Shown: in pieces, positions 35,195 to 45,086 of the stretch
Numbering within the stretch: the first letter of the stretch is position 1
How the letters are laid out: each line of letters begins with the position of its first letter
Assembly (NCBI GenBank): GCA_964572155.1
Contig: CAZNDZ010000001.1
Span: forward strand, 648,840-712,839
Direction of reading: 5' to 3'
DNA length: 64,000 nucleotides
From: an uncultured Planctomycetales bacterium
GTDB lineage: Bacteria; Omnitrophota; Gorgyraeia; Zapsychrales; Fredricksoniimonadaceae
The notes under the pieces: generated by a model
Database searches by the model: none
What the model saw: the letters and a program-made list of their open reading frames with translations, nothing else
Told to the model about the DNA's origin: nothing
Program-made: the position numbers and the translations under genes

Positions 35195-37441
35195 ATGAAG
35201 CTTGAACACATCAATGAAATCAAGGGGATTGGCATATTGGGTGCTAGCCTGTTACTGCTAGCAAGCCTGATATCGTACAATCCCCTTGATCTTTCTTGGT
35301 ACACATCAGCCCCAAATGTTCCCGCGCATAATTTGATTGGTATCGTCGGCGCCTATTTGGCTGGCATGATAAATTTTGTACTAGGATATAGTTCTTTTGC
35401 CTTAGTGGTTTTTGGTTTTTTTATTAGCTGGAATAAATTTACCTCGCGTGACATCAAATGTTCCTTTCCTAAATTCTTAAGCCTTGTTGTTTTACTCATG
35501 GTGGCAAGTTCGCTGTTATCCATGATCTTTTCATCCAATGCCCAAGCACAATTTCAAGCCGCAGGTTTGCTCGGCATCATGTTTAGCACATTTTTACAAA
35601 AATATTTAAGCCCCGTTGGAGCTGTAATCACCTTAACGATTTTAGGCGCCTTAGCCTTGGTTGTGACGGGGGAATTCTTAGTGTCGCCGTTTGTTGTGTG
35701 GTTGTTTGGTGTGTTAAAAAATGCTTTTGCCTCTGTCTTTGGAAAAATTAAAAATTTTCCAACTGTGGCGCCAAAGCCTGCGGTTGCTAAAGTTAAAGAA
35801 CCTGCCATTAAGAAAACCGTTGAGCTTGATGAGGAAGATTTCGCAGGGTTGGCTAAGAAAACAGCCCCATTACCAGCGGCTGCCATCCCTGCCAATAAGC
35901 CAACACCGCCTGCAACTACAGGTGCTGGTCCTAACATTCATATTGTAGCCCCTAAAGAAGTTCAAAAGCCTTTGGCTGATGTGACACCTAAGGTAGTTGG
36001 GGAATATCATTTACCGTCGCTAGATTTGCTCAATGATGTGCCAGTGGTGCCAGATAGTAAAATTCAAGAAACACTTAAGAATGGGGCAAAGATTTTAGAA
36101 GAAACGTTGGAAGATTTTGGCGTCAACGTTAAGGTCGTTGACATTGAACGCGGGCCCGTGATCACGCGATACGAATTACAACCAGCTCCAGGCGTTAAGA
36201 TCCAAAGCATATCGTCATTGTCCGACGATATAGCGTTAGCATTAAGCGCGCCAGCTGTTCGTATTTTAGCGCCGATCCCTGGGAAAAATCGTGTGGGTAT
36301 TGAAGTGCCCAATGGTTTAACGGCTGCTGTTTATCTAAAAGATGTGCTCATGCAAGAAAGAGCGCGTGCATCAGCATCTAAGTTAACGTTATGTATCGGC
36401 AAAGATACTTCCGGCAAACCTTTGTTTGCTGACCTAGCAGAAATGCCGCATTTGCTCGTCGCGGGGACAACAGGTTCTGGTAAAACGGTTTGTTTAAATG
36501 CACTGATCATGTCGGTCTTATTTAATGCGTCACCCAGTGAAGTTAAATTCATCATGGTTGACCCTAAGATGGTTGAGCTTGTTCCTTATAATGATTTGCC
36601 GCATTTGATCACGCCGGTTATCACCGATGCTAAAAAGGTTACACCGGTCTTAAATTGGTTGGTTGGAGAAATGGAAAATCGTTACAAGACCTTGGCTAAA
36701 GAACAAGTGCGTAATATCAAGGGTTATCATGCCAAGGGTTTAACCATGCCGTACATCATGGTTGTCGTCGATGAGTTGGCTGACTTGATGCAGGTGTCTG
36801 CCAAGAGTGTGGAAGCATCCATCGCCCGTTTATCTCAGTTAGCGCGTGCTGTTGGTATACATTTGATCTTAGCAACGCAGCGTCCATCCGTTGATGTTAT
36901 TACAGGGGTTATCAAAGCGAATTTCCCAGCCCGTCTTTCGTTTAAAGTGGCTTCCAAAGTTGATTCACGGACTGTCTTGGATGCGAATGGTGCCGAGAAC
37001 TTATTGGGTAAAGGGGATTTGTTATTTATGAAACCAGGGGATTCAAAACCAACCCGTGGTCAATGCTGTTATTTGTCCGACGAAGAGATCAATAAAGTCA
37101 TTGCCTATATTAAGACACAAGGCACTCCTGAATATAATGATCAAGTGATCAAAGCTCAACCACAAAGCAGTGGTGGTGGTTCTGAAGATAAAGATGAAAT
37201 GTACGATGAGGCCGTTAAGGTCGTCATTGAAACCAATCAAGCATCGGTCACCATTTTACAGCGACGATTACGCCTCGGATATTCCCGCGCAGCCCGTTTG
37301 ATCGATATGATGGAACAGCAGGGGATTGTGGGTCCTTATGCTGGAAGCAAGGCCCGAGATATTTTAGTTGACCGTGAGAAGTGGTTGTTAGAGAATGCAG
37401 GAAGCGTACAAAATAATGACCCAGCCAACAACCCAACATAA
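35195..37441 (+). CDS. ftsK: DNA translocase FtsK
   Basis: N-terminal multi-TM domain, Pro/Ala-rich linker, motor domain with Walker A GTTGSGKTV and C-terminal gamma (winged-helix) domain. Confidence 0.95.
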   Translation: MKLEHINEIKGIGILGASLLLLASLISYNPLDLSWYTSAPNVPAHNLIGIVGAYLAGMINFVLGYSSFALVVFGFFISWNKFTSRDIKCSFPKFLSLVVLLMVASSLLSMIFSSNAQAQFQAAGLLGIMFSTFLQKYLSPVGAVITLTILGALALVVTGEFLVSPFVVWLFGVLKNAFASVFGKIKNFPTVAPKPAVAKVKEPAIKKTVELDEEDFAGLAKKTAPLPAAAIPANKPTPPATTGAGPNIHIVAPKEVQKPLADVTPKVVGEYHLPSLDLLNDVPVVPDSKIQETLKNGAKILEETLEDFGVNVKVVDIERGPVITRYELQPAPGVKIQSISSLSDDIALALSAPAVRILAPIPGKNRVGIEVPNGLTAAVYLKDVLMQERARASASKLTLCIGKDTSGKPLFADLAEMPHLLVAGTTGSGKTVCLNALIMSVLFNASPSEVKFIMVDPKMVELVPYNDLPHLITPVITDAKKVTPVLNWLVGEMENRYKTLAKEQVRNIKGYHAKGLTMPYIMVVVDELADLMQVSAKSVEASIARLSQLARAVGIHLILATQRPSVDVITGVIKANFPARLSFKVASKVDSRTVLDANGAENLLGKGDLLFMKPGDSKPTRGQCCYLSDEEINKVIAYIKTQGTPEYNDQVIKAQPQSSGGGSEDKDEMYDEAVKVVIETNQASVTILQRRLRLGYSRAARLIDMMEQQGIVGPYAGSKARDILVDREKWLLENAGSVQNNDPANNPT

Positions 37442-38258
37442 TTCTATTTTAAAAGATGCCCGTGAAGCCAAAGGGTTGACCTTAGAAATTGTTCACGAGG
37501 CAACCAAAATACCCCTCGATGCCTTAAAAGCGATTGAGCAAGGTTATTCTACCCGCATTTTAACCCCATTTTATTACAAAGGTTTCATTAAGATTTATGC
37601 AGAATTCTTAGGGTTAAATGTCGACGATGTTTTAAAAGAATATCATGTGGATAAAAAGCCACCGGTTAAAGTTGTTGCGGCATCAACCAAGAAGCCCGTT
37701 AAAGTCCATAAACCTATTCAAGTCATTGAGAAATCTCAGCATGTGATGACGGGGTTAAATAATCGCAAGAACCGCAATATTGTGTCGCGTGTCCTTATTG
37801 GCATTGCCATTGTTGCTGGTTTGATATTTTTTGTAAAAGTCATTGGGCCAAATATCAAGTTTCCAAAGTTTGAAAAGAAAGCTAAGGTTCAAGCGGTTGT
37901 TGAAGCGAAAGATGTTAAAGAAGTAAAAGATGTTAAAGATACAAAAGAGTCTAAAGAGAAATTACCATTTAAGTTGATCCGTGCGGAAAGCAGCAATTTA
38001 AAAGTAGGCTTGTCTGTCCGAGCCATTAAGGATAGTTGGATCCAAGTTAAGGTGGATGGTAAAGTAGCATATGCCATGACGATTAAAAAGGGCACCATGG
38101 AGAATTGGGTGGCCTATAATCAGATTGAATTATCCGGTCATAACATCAATGAATTAGATATGGAAGTCAACGGCAAGCATTTAGGAGCATTAGGTAGCGC
38201 CGAGCGTGGTGTGCGCAAGGCTGTGATTACCCGTCAGGGTTTAACTGTAAAGAAGTAA
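37416..38258 (+). CDS. RodZ-like cytoskeleton-associated HTH membrane protein
   Basis: N-terminal XRE-type HTH (LKDAREAKGLTLEIVHEATKIPLDALKAIEQG), central TM helix, K/E-rich linker, C-terminal DUF4115-like beta domain; start overlaps the ftsK 3' end. Confidence 0.5.
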   Translation: MTQPTTQHNSILKDAREAKGLTLEIVHEATKIPLDALKAIEQGYSTRILTPFYYKGFIKIYAEFLGLNVDDVLKEYHVDKKPPVKVVAASTKKPVKVHKPIQVIEKSQHVMTGLNNRKNRNIVSRVLIGIAIVAGLIFFVKVIGPNIKFPKFEKKAKVQAVVEAKDVKEVKDVKDTKESKEKLPFKLIRAESSNLKVGLSVRAIKDSWIQVKVDGKVAYAMTIKKGTMENWVAYNQIELSGHNINELDMEVNGKHLGALGSAERGVRKAVITRQGLTVKK

Positions 38259-38259
38259 T

Positions 38260-39558
38260 ATGAAAACAACAGTAGATTTACGCAAAGAACGGTTAGGCGC
38301 CGGCCAAAAGGTCGGCGTTGTTAATTTAGGCTGCGCCCGTAATCTGGTCGACGCCCAGATGCTATTGGGTCGTTTAAAGAAGAATGGTCATCGCATTGTT
38401 GATGCCAACGACGCCCAAACCGTGATTGTTAACACCTGTTCATTCATTGAAGAAGCGCGACAAGAATCGATTGATACCATCCTTGATTTATTGGAATTAA
38501 AGAAACAAGGCAAGATCAAGAAAGTCATTGTGGCTGGATGTTTGGCGCAGCGTTATGGCAAGGATTTGATCGAAGAATTTAAAGATGTTGATGCTTTCGT
38601 TGGAACACCGACACTAAATCGTGACAACATGCCAGATCAAATGCAATTGACAGCATCGCATTTTGCCTATGTCAAAATTTGTGAAAGCTGTTTTAATGCC
38701 TGTTCATTTTGTGCTATTCCGAAAATCAAAGGAAAATTTAGATCGCGCACCATCGAGAATGTTGTTTCTGAAGTCAAAGCGTTAGATGCTAAAGGGGTTA
38801 AGGAAATCAACATCATTGGTCAAGATATCACGGCCTATGGCATGGATTTATACCGTGAAAAGTCATTGGCTAAGCTCATCAAAGCCTTGGTACCTGTGTG
38901 TAAAAATATTGAATGGATACGGTTGTTATACGCTTTTCCAGCCCATGTCACCGACGAATTGATTGATGTGATGGCCAGTGAACCAAAGGTATGTAAATAT
39001 ATTGATATGCCGCTGCAACATATTAGCGATCATATTTTAAAAGAACAAAATCGCAACATCACCCGCGATCAAACATATGATTTATTACGCAAATTACGCA
39101 AAGCCATGCCTCAGGGATTTTTACGCACAACTTATATTGTCGGTCTTCCAGGCGAGACAGATCAAGATTTTAATGAATTACGAGCATTTAATAAATCCAT
39201 ACGCTTTGAACGTGTAGGGGCATTTGTGTATTCTAAGGAAGAAGATACGGCCGCTGCCTTGATGGAAGGGCATGTGCCAGATAAGATTAAAAAAGCACGG
39301 CTTGATACCATCATGTTGGATCAAATGCAAATTTCAAAAGATGTGCAACAGCAATTTGTTGGCCGTCGTTTAAAAGTATTGATTGAAGAAAAAGAGAAAG
39401 ATTCGACCGACACTTATATAGGCCGCAGTGAATATGATGCCCCAGATGTCGACGGTGTTGTCTATGTGCGTTCCGCAAAACCGCTTGCGATTGGTGCCTT
39501 TGTGTATGTGGACATTACCGATGCCTATGAGTATGATTTAGCGGGGGTGGTGGTATGA
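38260..39558 (+). CDS. rimO: radical-SAM methylthiotransferase, RimO/MiaB family (ribosomal protein S12 methylthiotransferase-like)
   Basis: N-terminal MTTase Cys triad, radical SAM CFNACSFC (CxxxCxxC), C-terminal TRAM domain; 432 aa. Confidence 0.75.
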   Translation: MKTTVDLRKERLGAGQKVGVVNLGCARNLVDAQMLLGRLKKNGHRIVDANDAQTVIVNTCSFIEEARQESIDTILDLLELKKQGKIKKVIVAGCLAQRYGKDLIEEFKDVDAFVGTPTLNRDNMPDQMQLTASHFAYVKICESCFNACSFCAIPKIKGKFRSRTIENVVSEVKALDAKGVKEINIIGQDITAYGMDLYREKSLAKLIKALVPVCKNIEWIRLLYAFPAHVTDELIDVMASEPKVCKYIDMPLQHISDHILKEQNRNITRDQTYDLLRKLRKAMPQGFLRTTYIVGLPGETDQDFNELRAFNKSIRFERVGAFVYSKEEDTAAALMEGHVPDKIKKARLDTIMLDQMQISKDVQQQFVGRRLKVLIEEKEKDSTDTYIGRSEYDAPDVDGVVYVRSAKPLAIGAFVYVDITDAYEYDLAGVVV

Positions 39559-40139
39559 ACTTGCCAAACCTGTTGACCATGTCACGTTTCTTCTTTGCGG
39601 TTGTGATTTTATATTTGCTGTTGGCCAACAATCTTGCTGCCATCATGACAGCAACATTTCTATTCTTGATCGCTGCAATTACAGATTTCTACGACGGGTA
39701 TTTAGCAAAGAAACACGGGCTCATTTCTGATTTTGGCAAGATCATGGATCCTATTGCTGATAAAGTCTTGATGATTTTTGTATTCTTTGCTTTAGCGGCG
39801 TTGGGGATGATGGATTGGTGGATGGTTATTCTAATTGTTATTCGCGAGGTTGCTGTGACCGTTGCCCGTCTTAAAGCCATGGCGCATGGTCAAGTCCTTG
39901 CGGCGGAAAAAGCTGGAAAGATTAAAACTGTATTTCAAATGGTTAGCATTGGTGCGGCACTTTTATTTCTCATCTGTGAACAAAGTGTTTTTGCCAGAAG
40001 CTGGTTTTATCAAGCCGAGCCGATGTGGCGCGCATTTATTCAGATCATGATGTTAATCAGTGTCTTATTAACAGTGTACTCTGGCGTGATATTCTTTAGG
40101 CATAAATGGGCTCCCAAAAAAACATCTTCCACTACCTAG
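39555..40139 (+). CDS. pgsA: CDP-diacylglycerol--glycerol-3-phosphate 3-phosphatidyltransferase
   Basis: CDP-alcohol phosphatidyltransferase motif DFYDGYLAKKHGLISDFGKIMDPIADK; 4 TM. Confidence 0.85.
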   Translation: MNLPNLLTMSRFFFAVVILYLLLANNLAAIMTATFLFLIAAITDFYDGYLAKKHGLISDFGKIMDPIADKVLMIFVFFALAALGMMDWWMVILIVIREVAVTVARLKAMAHGQVLAAEKAGKIKTVFQMVSIGAALLFLICEQSVFARSWFYQAEPMWRAFIQIMMLISVLLTVYSGVIFFRHKWAPKKTSSTT

Positions 40140-40570
40140 TTGCGACCTTTTTAGGCGTTGGCTATTGTCCTATTGCGTCTGGGACAGCGGCAACAGCGGC
40201 AGGTTTAGTCTTAATCTATTTCTTACAAGGGCAGACCTGTCTATATTTCTTGGTTTTATTGGCCTTGCTTGGGTTAGGTGTGGTTGCGGCCAGCCATGTA
40301 GAGAAAACGTCGCATCAAAAAGACCCTGGGATTGTCGTCGTTGATGAGGTGGTGGGGATCATGATTGCCATGATCGGTATCCCGTTTACATGGAAAACAG
40401 CCCTATGCGGATTTTTCTTGTTTCGGGCTTTAGATATGTTTAAAATATACCCTATCAATCGATTCGAAGCCATCCAGGGCGGTGTGGGTATTATGCTCGA
40501 TGATGTGATGGCAGGTTTATATACGAATATCATTTTAGTCATTGCCGTGCATTGGGCCGGCATTGTTTAA
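40106..40570 (+). CDS. pgpA: phosphatidylglycerophosphatase A
   Basis: PgpA-like ...LATFLGVGYCPIASGTAATAAGLVL... and ...PGIVVVDEVVG... motifs. Confidence 0.7.
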   Translation: MGSQKNIFHYLVATFLGVGYCPIASGTAATAAGLVLIYFLQGQTCLYFLVLLALLGLGVVAASHVEKTSHQKDPGIVVVDEVVGIMIAMIGIPFTWKTALCGFFLFRALDMFKIYPINRFEAIQGGVGIMLDDVMAGLYTNIILVIAVHWAGIV

Positions 40571-40588
40571 AACAGGAGGGAAGTCAAG

Positions 40589-41323
40589 ATGGAAAGCAGT
40601 AATCCTACGTTAAAGAACAAAATTTTCGAAAACGCACAAGTTGTCGGTGGCGCACCAACCATGACAATTCAAGGGACAGTTAATAAAACCTTGATTATGT
40701 TAGCAATTTTAATTTTTACCGCGATCAGCGCGTGGTCTATGCTGACACCTGGTAATGTGATGCCCTTAAGTTTAGGTAGCGGCATCATTGGTTTTTTATT
40801 GGCGATTGTAACAACATTTAAACCAAACTGGGCGCCAACTACAGCTCCGATGTATGCTGCTGTACAAGGGGTATTCTTAGCGGTATTTTCTGCCATGTTT
40901 GAAGCAAAGTATCCAGGCATTGTTGTTAAGTCTGTAGGTTTGACTTTTGCCGTTGCTTTGGTGATGTTGATGGGTTATAAAGCAGGTTTTTTTGCAGCTA
41001 CACCAGCACTTCGAAAAGGCATGATGATTGCAGTTGGTGGTTTAATGTTGTTTTATTTGGTGGTGTTCGTTGCCAGTTTGTTTGGTATTGCGCCTCCAGC
41101 TTTTATTAATGGTGGTGGGCCACTTGGTATTGCATTTAGTTTATTTGTTGTTGGTTTAGCGTCGATGTGTTTAATTTTGGATTTTGACTTCATTGAACAA
41201 GCTGCTTCAAGCGGAGTCGAAAAACGCATGGAATGGTATGGCGCTTTCTCATTGATGGTCACCTTGATCTGGTTATATTTTGAGATCATGCGTTTAATGA
41301 GCAAGATGAATTCTCGTAATTAA
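40589..41323 (+). CDS. Bax-inhibitor-1/YccA-family 7-TM membrane protein
   Basis: 244 aa, 7 predicted TM helices, N-terminal ...KTLIMLAILIFTAISAW... like the YccA/BI-1 family. Confidence 0.5.
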   Translation: MESSNPTLKNKIFENAQVVGGAPTMTIQGTVNKTLIMLAILIFTAISAWSMLTPGNVMPLSLGSGIIGFLLAIVTTFKPNWAPTTAPMYAAVQGVFLAVFSAMFEAKYPGIVVKSVGLTFAVALVMLMGYKAGFFAATPALRKGMMIAVGGLMLFYLVVFVASLFGIAPPAFINGGGPLGIAFSLFVVGLASMCLILDFDFIEQAASSGVEKRMEWYGAFSLMVTLIWLYFEIMRLMSKMNSRN

Positions 41324-41387
41324 TTGTGTTTCAGGGTATTTTTTGGGGCTTTTTGATTTTGGTCGGATTATATGGTATATCTTACCC

Positions 41388-42359
41388 ATGCGACTAAAAC
41401 AAATAGCCCCGATTTTTTTATATATTTTTTTGACGGTAACAAGAAATGGTTATTGCCAAATTGATCATCGCATCGAATTTGGTTTCTCTGCCCTAACAAT
41501 CGACGGAAAACTTCCTCGCTTTAAAGAAATCTCAAAATTTGAATCTCGCACGGGCATCAATGTTGAAACCATGAATTGGTATTTGGGATTTAATGGGGAC
41601 AATAAGGAGTTACCCAATATTCCCTTAAAATGCATGGCAGAATATAAAGATCAAGATATTACCTTGATGCTCACCTTAGAACCATGGGGCGAAACCATGG
41701 ATTGGCGGGGGCAGCGTAAGGATCCGTTGCGTGCGATCAATGACGGTTATTTAGATCGTTATTTACGTCGGATGGCTAGTCAATTGCGTAAGTTTGGTCG
41801 TCCTATTCGCCTACGTTTCGGCCATGAGATGATCCAAGATGATCATCCAGATACGCGCGGCTGGTATTCATGGCAAGATAGGGCCAAAGCCTATAAAAAA
41901 GCTTTTATACGTGTGCATGATATTTTTGTAGACGAGAATGCCATGAATGTTGAGTTTGTATGGTCGCCAAATTCAAGGCCGGCACTGCTTAAAATCTTAG
42001 CGAAATATTACCCAGGTCCAGAATATGTCGATTGGATAGGCATTGATGGGTATAACTGGAATGGCGAGAGTTTTGATGAGCTATTTCAATTGCCTTATAA
42101 GAACATTGTTGAACATCCAGAGATTTTTGGCAACAAACCCATTATGATCGCAGAGTTTGCGGCTGGGGATGATAAGAAATTAACGGTCTTTGATAAAGCT
42201 GCATGGATTAAAGATGCTTTTGAAAAAATACCGACACACTATCCAATGGTGGGGGCGATTTATTGGTTTAATGTAAAGAAAGAACGTGATTGGCGTTTAG
42301 ATTCCTCCGATGCTAGTTGGGAAGCCTTCCAAGAAGGCATCCGTAATTGGCGTGATTAG
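41388..42359 (+). CDS. secreted glycoside hydrolase, GH26-like (mannanase-type clan GH-A)
   Basis: Signal peptide from MRLKQIAPIFLYIFLTV; ...IRLRFGHEM...GWYSW... (acid/base-type R-x-x-HE...W-x-W) and ...IMIAEFA... (nucleophile-type). Confidence 0.45.
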   Translation: MRLKQIAPIFLYIFLTVTRNGYCQIDHRIEFGFSALTIDGKLPRFKEISKFESRTGINVETMNWYLGFNGDNKELPNIPLKCMAEYKDQDITLMLTLEPWGETMDWRGQRKDPLRAINDGYLDRYLRRMASQLRKFGRPIRLRFGHEMIQDDHPDTRGWYSWQDRAKAYKKAFIRVHDIFVDENAMNVEFVWSPNSRPALLKILAKYYPGPEYVDWIGIDGYNWNGESFDELFQLPYKNIVEHPEIFGNKPIMIAEFAAGDDKKLTVFDKAAWIKDAFEKIPTHYPMVGAIYWFNVKKERDWRLDSSDASWEAFQEGIRNWRD

Positions 42360-42395
42360 TTGTATTTTCAATCCCTTTGTGATATAAAAAAGCAT

Positions 42396-43172
42396 ATGAA
42401 AAATATGAAAGTTGTGATCTTAGCCGGCGGTATGGGCTCACGATTGTCGGAAGAAACAGAGCTAAAGCCAAAGCCAATGGTTGAGATTGGCGGTAAACCT
42501 ATTTTATGGCATATCATGAAGCATTACAGTGCTTTTGGTTTCAATGAATTTGTCATTGCTTTAGGCTATAAGGGACATTGTATTAAAGATTTCTTCATCA
42601 ATTACCACCTGCATCATAGTGACTTATCCGTTGATGTGAAACACGGCAAAGTGGTCTTAAATAAAACACCTCCGGAAGATTGGAAGGTTGATTTAGTTGA
42701 TACAGGTTTGACCACTGGAACAGCGGGTCGTCTCAAACATTTAAAGCCGTACTTAAAAAATTCATTCCTTATGACATATGGCGACGGTGTTTCAAATGTT
42801 GATCTAACGCGTTTAATTGCGCATCATCGCAAGCAAAAAAAGCTTGCAACATTAACAGCTGTTCGACCACCAGCGCGTTTTGGTAATTTAACGTTTAAAG
42901 ATGCGGCATCGATTGAATTTTCAGAAAAATCGCAAGTAGCTGAAGGTTGGATTAACGGAGGATTCTTCGTTCTTGAGCCTAAAGTCTTTGATTTTATTGA
43001 TGATGAAGCAGAAATGTTTGAACAACGGCCTTTGGAGGACATTTCGGCAAAAGGTCAATTAACAGCGTATAAGCACGAAGGTTTTTGGCAGTGCATGGAT
43101 ACGTTGCGTGATGTTAAATTATTAAATCAACAGTGGGATCACACCCAAGCCCCTTGGAAAACATGGAAATAA
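42396..43172 (+). CDS. rfbF: glucose-1-phosphate cytidylyltransferase
   Basis: MKNMKVVILAGGMGSRLSEETELKPKPMVEIGGKPILWHIMKHYS... near-canonical RfbF/DdhA N-terminus. Confidence 0.9.
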   Translation: MKNMKVVILAGGMGSRLSEETELKPKPMVEIGGKPILWHIMKHYSAFGFNEFVIALGYKGHCIKDFFINYHLHHSDLSVDVKHGKVVLNKTPPEDWKVDLVDTGLTTGTAGRLKHLKPYLKNSFLMTYGDGVSNVDLTRLIAHHRKQKKLATLTAVRPPARFGNLTFKDAASIEFSEKSQVAEGWINGGFFVLEPKVFDFIDDEAEMFEQRPLEDISAKGQLTAYKHEGFWQCMDTLRDVKLLNQQWDHTQAPWKTWK

Positions 43173-44143
43173 ATTCTTGGAAAAATCGTAGTGTCTTAAT
43201 CACCGGAGCCACAGGTTTGGTTGGCTCGTGGTTAACGGAAAAATTAATTTCAGGCGGCGCACAGGTCACGGTGTTGCTGCAAGATGTGAATGGTCAGTCG
43301 CCATTTTTAAAACATGCGGCACAGCGTGATGTGCATTGTGTTTATGGCCAATTAGAAGATTTACCGACGGTTGAAAAAGCTTTGATTATATCGGGGGCAG
43401 ACACTGTATTTCATTTAGGCGCGCAAACCATCGTCGGAAATGCCATCACCACCCCATGGATCACCTTTGAATCTAATGTGCGTGGTACCTATAATCTTTT
43501 GGAAGCATGCCGACGTCAGGGAAAATCGATCAAAGCCATCGTCGTGGCGTCTAGTGATAAAGCTTATGGGGATTCGTTGCAGTTGCCCTATACAGAAGAC
43601 ATGCCCTTAAATGGCATTGCACCATACGATGCATCTAAAGTTTGCACAGAAGTTATTGTTAAGTCTTATACGGCAACTTATGGATTGCCGGTGATCACAG
43701 CTCGTTGTGGCAATATTTATGGCGGTGGTGATTTTAATTTTAGCCGCTTGATCCCAGGGACCATTAAGTCGTTATTGTCGAATCAAGCGCCCATCATCCG
43801 CTCCGACGGTACATTCATCCGTGATTATGTTTATGTCAAAAACGTTGCTGAAGTTTATACGCAGTTAGCGCAATTGGCTTACCAAGGCAAAGCCATTGGC
43901 GAAGCATTTAACTACAGTGATGACACCCCACGGAAAGTCATCGATGTGGTCAATGACATCATCCGCTTGATGGGCATCAAACATTTAAAACCAATCATAC
44001 AAAATAACGCGGCACATGAAATTCATGATCAACATTTATCAAGTGCCAAGCTGCGCAAATTTGTGAATTTAAATCAATTGTCCAACATGGATGTGGGGTT
44101 AACCGAAACCATTGATTGGTACCGTGAATTCTTCCGACAATAA
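43163..44143 (+). CDS. rfbG: CDP-glucose 4,6-dehydratase
   Basis: ...WKNRSVLITGATGLVGSWLTEKL... Rossmann N-terminus and SDR YxxxK region typical of RfbG/DdhB. Confidence 0.85.
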   Translation: MEINSWKNRSVLITGATGLVGSWLTEKLISGGAQVTVLLQDVNGQSPFLKHAAQRDVHCVYGQLEDLPTVEKALIISGADTVFHLGAQTIVGNAITTPWITFESNVRGTYNLLEACRRQGKSIKAIVVASSDKAYGDSLQLPYTEDMPLNGIAPYDASKVCTEVIVKSYTATYGLPVITARCGNIYGGGDFNFSRLIPGTIKSLLSNQAPIIRSDGTFIRDYVYVKNVAEVYTQLAQLAYQGKAIGEAFNYSDDTPRKVIDVVNDIIRLMGIKHLKPIIQNNAAHEIHDQHLSSAKLRKFVNLNQLSNMDVGLTETIDWYREFFRQ

Positions 44144-44144
44144 T

Positions 44145-45086
44145 ATGTATTCACAATTAGCCGGTAAAGTTTTCTTTGTTACCGGTGCTGATGGTTTTTT
44201 GGGTGCGCATTTAACCCAAGCCCTGTTAAGTCATGGGGCAGAGGTTATTGCCCAAGTTCGCAGCGTCGATCATCTCAAACGTTTAACGTTCGGTGTTGAT
44301 CGATTGACATTTATCCCAATGGATTTTTGTAAGGCAGATCTCGAGGCTTTGAAAGATCGTTTGCCTCAAGGGATTGATGTGTGCGTGCATACGGCTGCCG
44401 CTGGGATTAAACCCAACGACAATGCTTGGGAACTTTTGTTAAAAGTTAATATCGACGGCACAAAGCTAATGCTTGATCTAGCCGTTGCTAATAAGATCAA
44501 ACGTTTTGTGTATATTGGCTCAAGTTTTGAGTATGGCGACGGGAATTTGTGGGAAGAAAACGTTCAAGTTAATCCACGCACCTTGTATGGGGTTAGTAAA
44601 AGTGCGGGGTGGATGTTGGCTAAAAGTTATGCGGCCACACATCAATTGCCCATCGTCGGGTTTCGACCATTTTATTTGTATGGCGCACAAGAAGGTCCGG
44701 AGCGTTTGCTATCAGCGGTCATCAATGCATTGATTAAAAAAGAACCATTGCCCATGACCTTAGGGGAACAAGAACGTGATTTTGTTCATGTGGATGATGC
44801 GGTCAGAGCCATCCTTTATGGATCAATCGACGCTAAAGCTGTCGGAGAAGTATTTAACATTTGCACCGGTGAGCCCATCACGATTCGCAAAGCTGTTGGC
44901 ATCATGGAAGAAGAAGTAGGTCAAGTCTTCCCATTGCTTTGGGGCAAATTGCCGTATCGGTCGTTGGAGTGGGTGAGATTATCAGGCAGTAGCCACAAGG
45001 CAAAACAGGTTCTGGGTTTTTCCACCAGTGTGAATCTAAGAGAAGGATTAAAAGGTTTGTATGAGTTTAGCACCAAGCAGAAATAG
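44145..45086 (+). CDS. NAD(P)-dependent sugar-nucleotide epimerase/reductase (RfbJ/RfbS-like)
   Basis: GKVFFVTGADGFLGAHL Rossmann motif, SDR catalytic YGVSK; ATG placed 1 nt after the rfbG stop. Confidence 0.7.
   Translation: MYSQLAGKVFFVTGADGFLGAHLTQALLSHGAEVIAQVRSVDHLKRLTFGVDRLTFIPMDFCKADLEALKDRLPQGIDVCVHTAAAGIKPNDNAWELLLKVNIDGTKLMLDLAVANKIKRFVYIGSSFEYGDGNLWEENVQVNPRTLYGVSKSAGWMLAKSYAATHQLPIVGFRPFYLYGAQEGPERLLSAVINALIKKEPLPMTLGEQERDFVHVDDAVRAILYGSIDAKAVGEVFNICTGEPITIRKAVGIMEEEVGQVFPLLWGKLPYRSLEWVRLSGSSHKAKQVLGFSTSVNLREGLKGLYEFSTKQK

Noticed and set aside
35554-36555. Several minus-strand ORFs (35554-35937, 36064-36312, 36331-36555) within ftsK
   Set aside because: Internal to a gene with unambiguous FtsK motifs; shadow ORFs.
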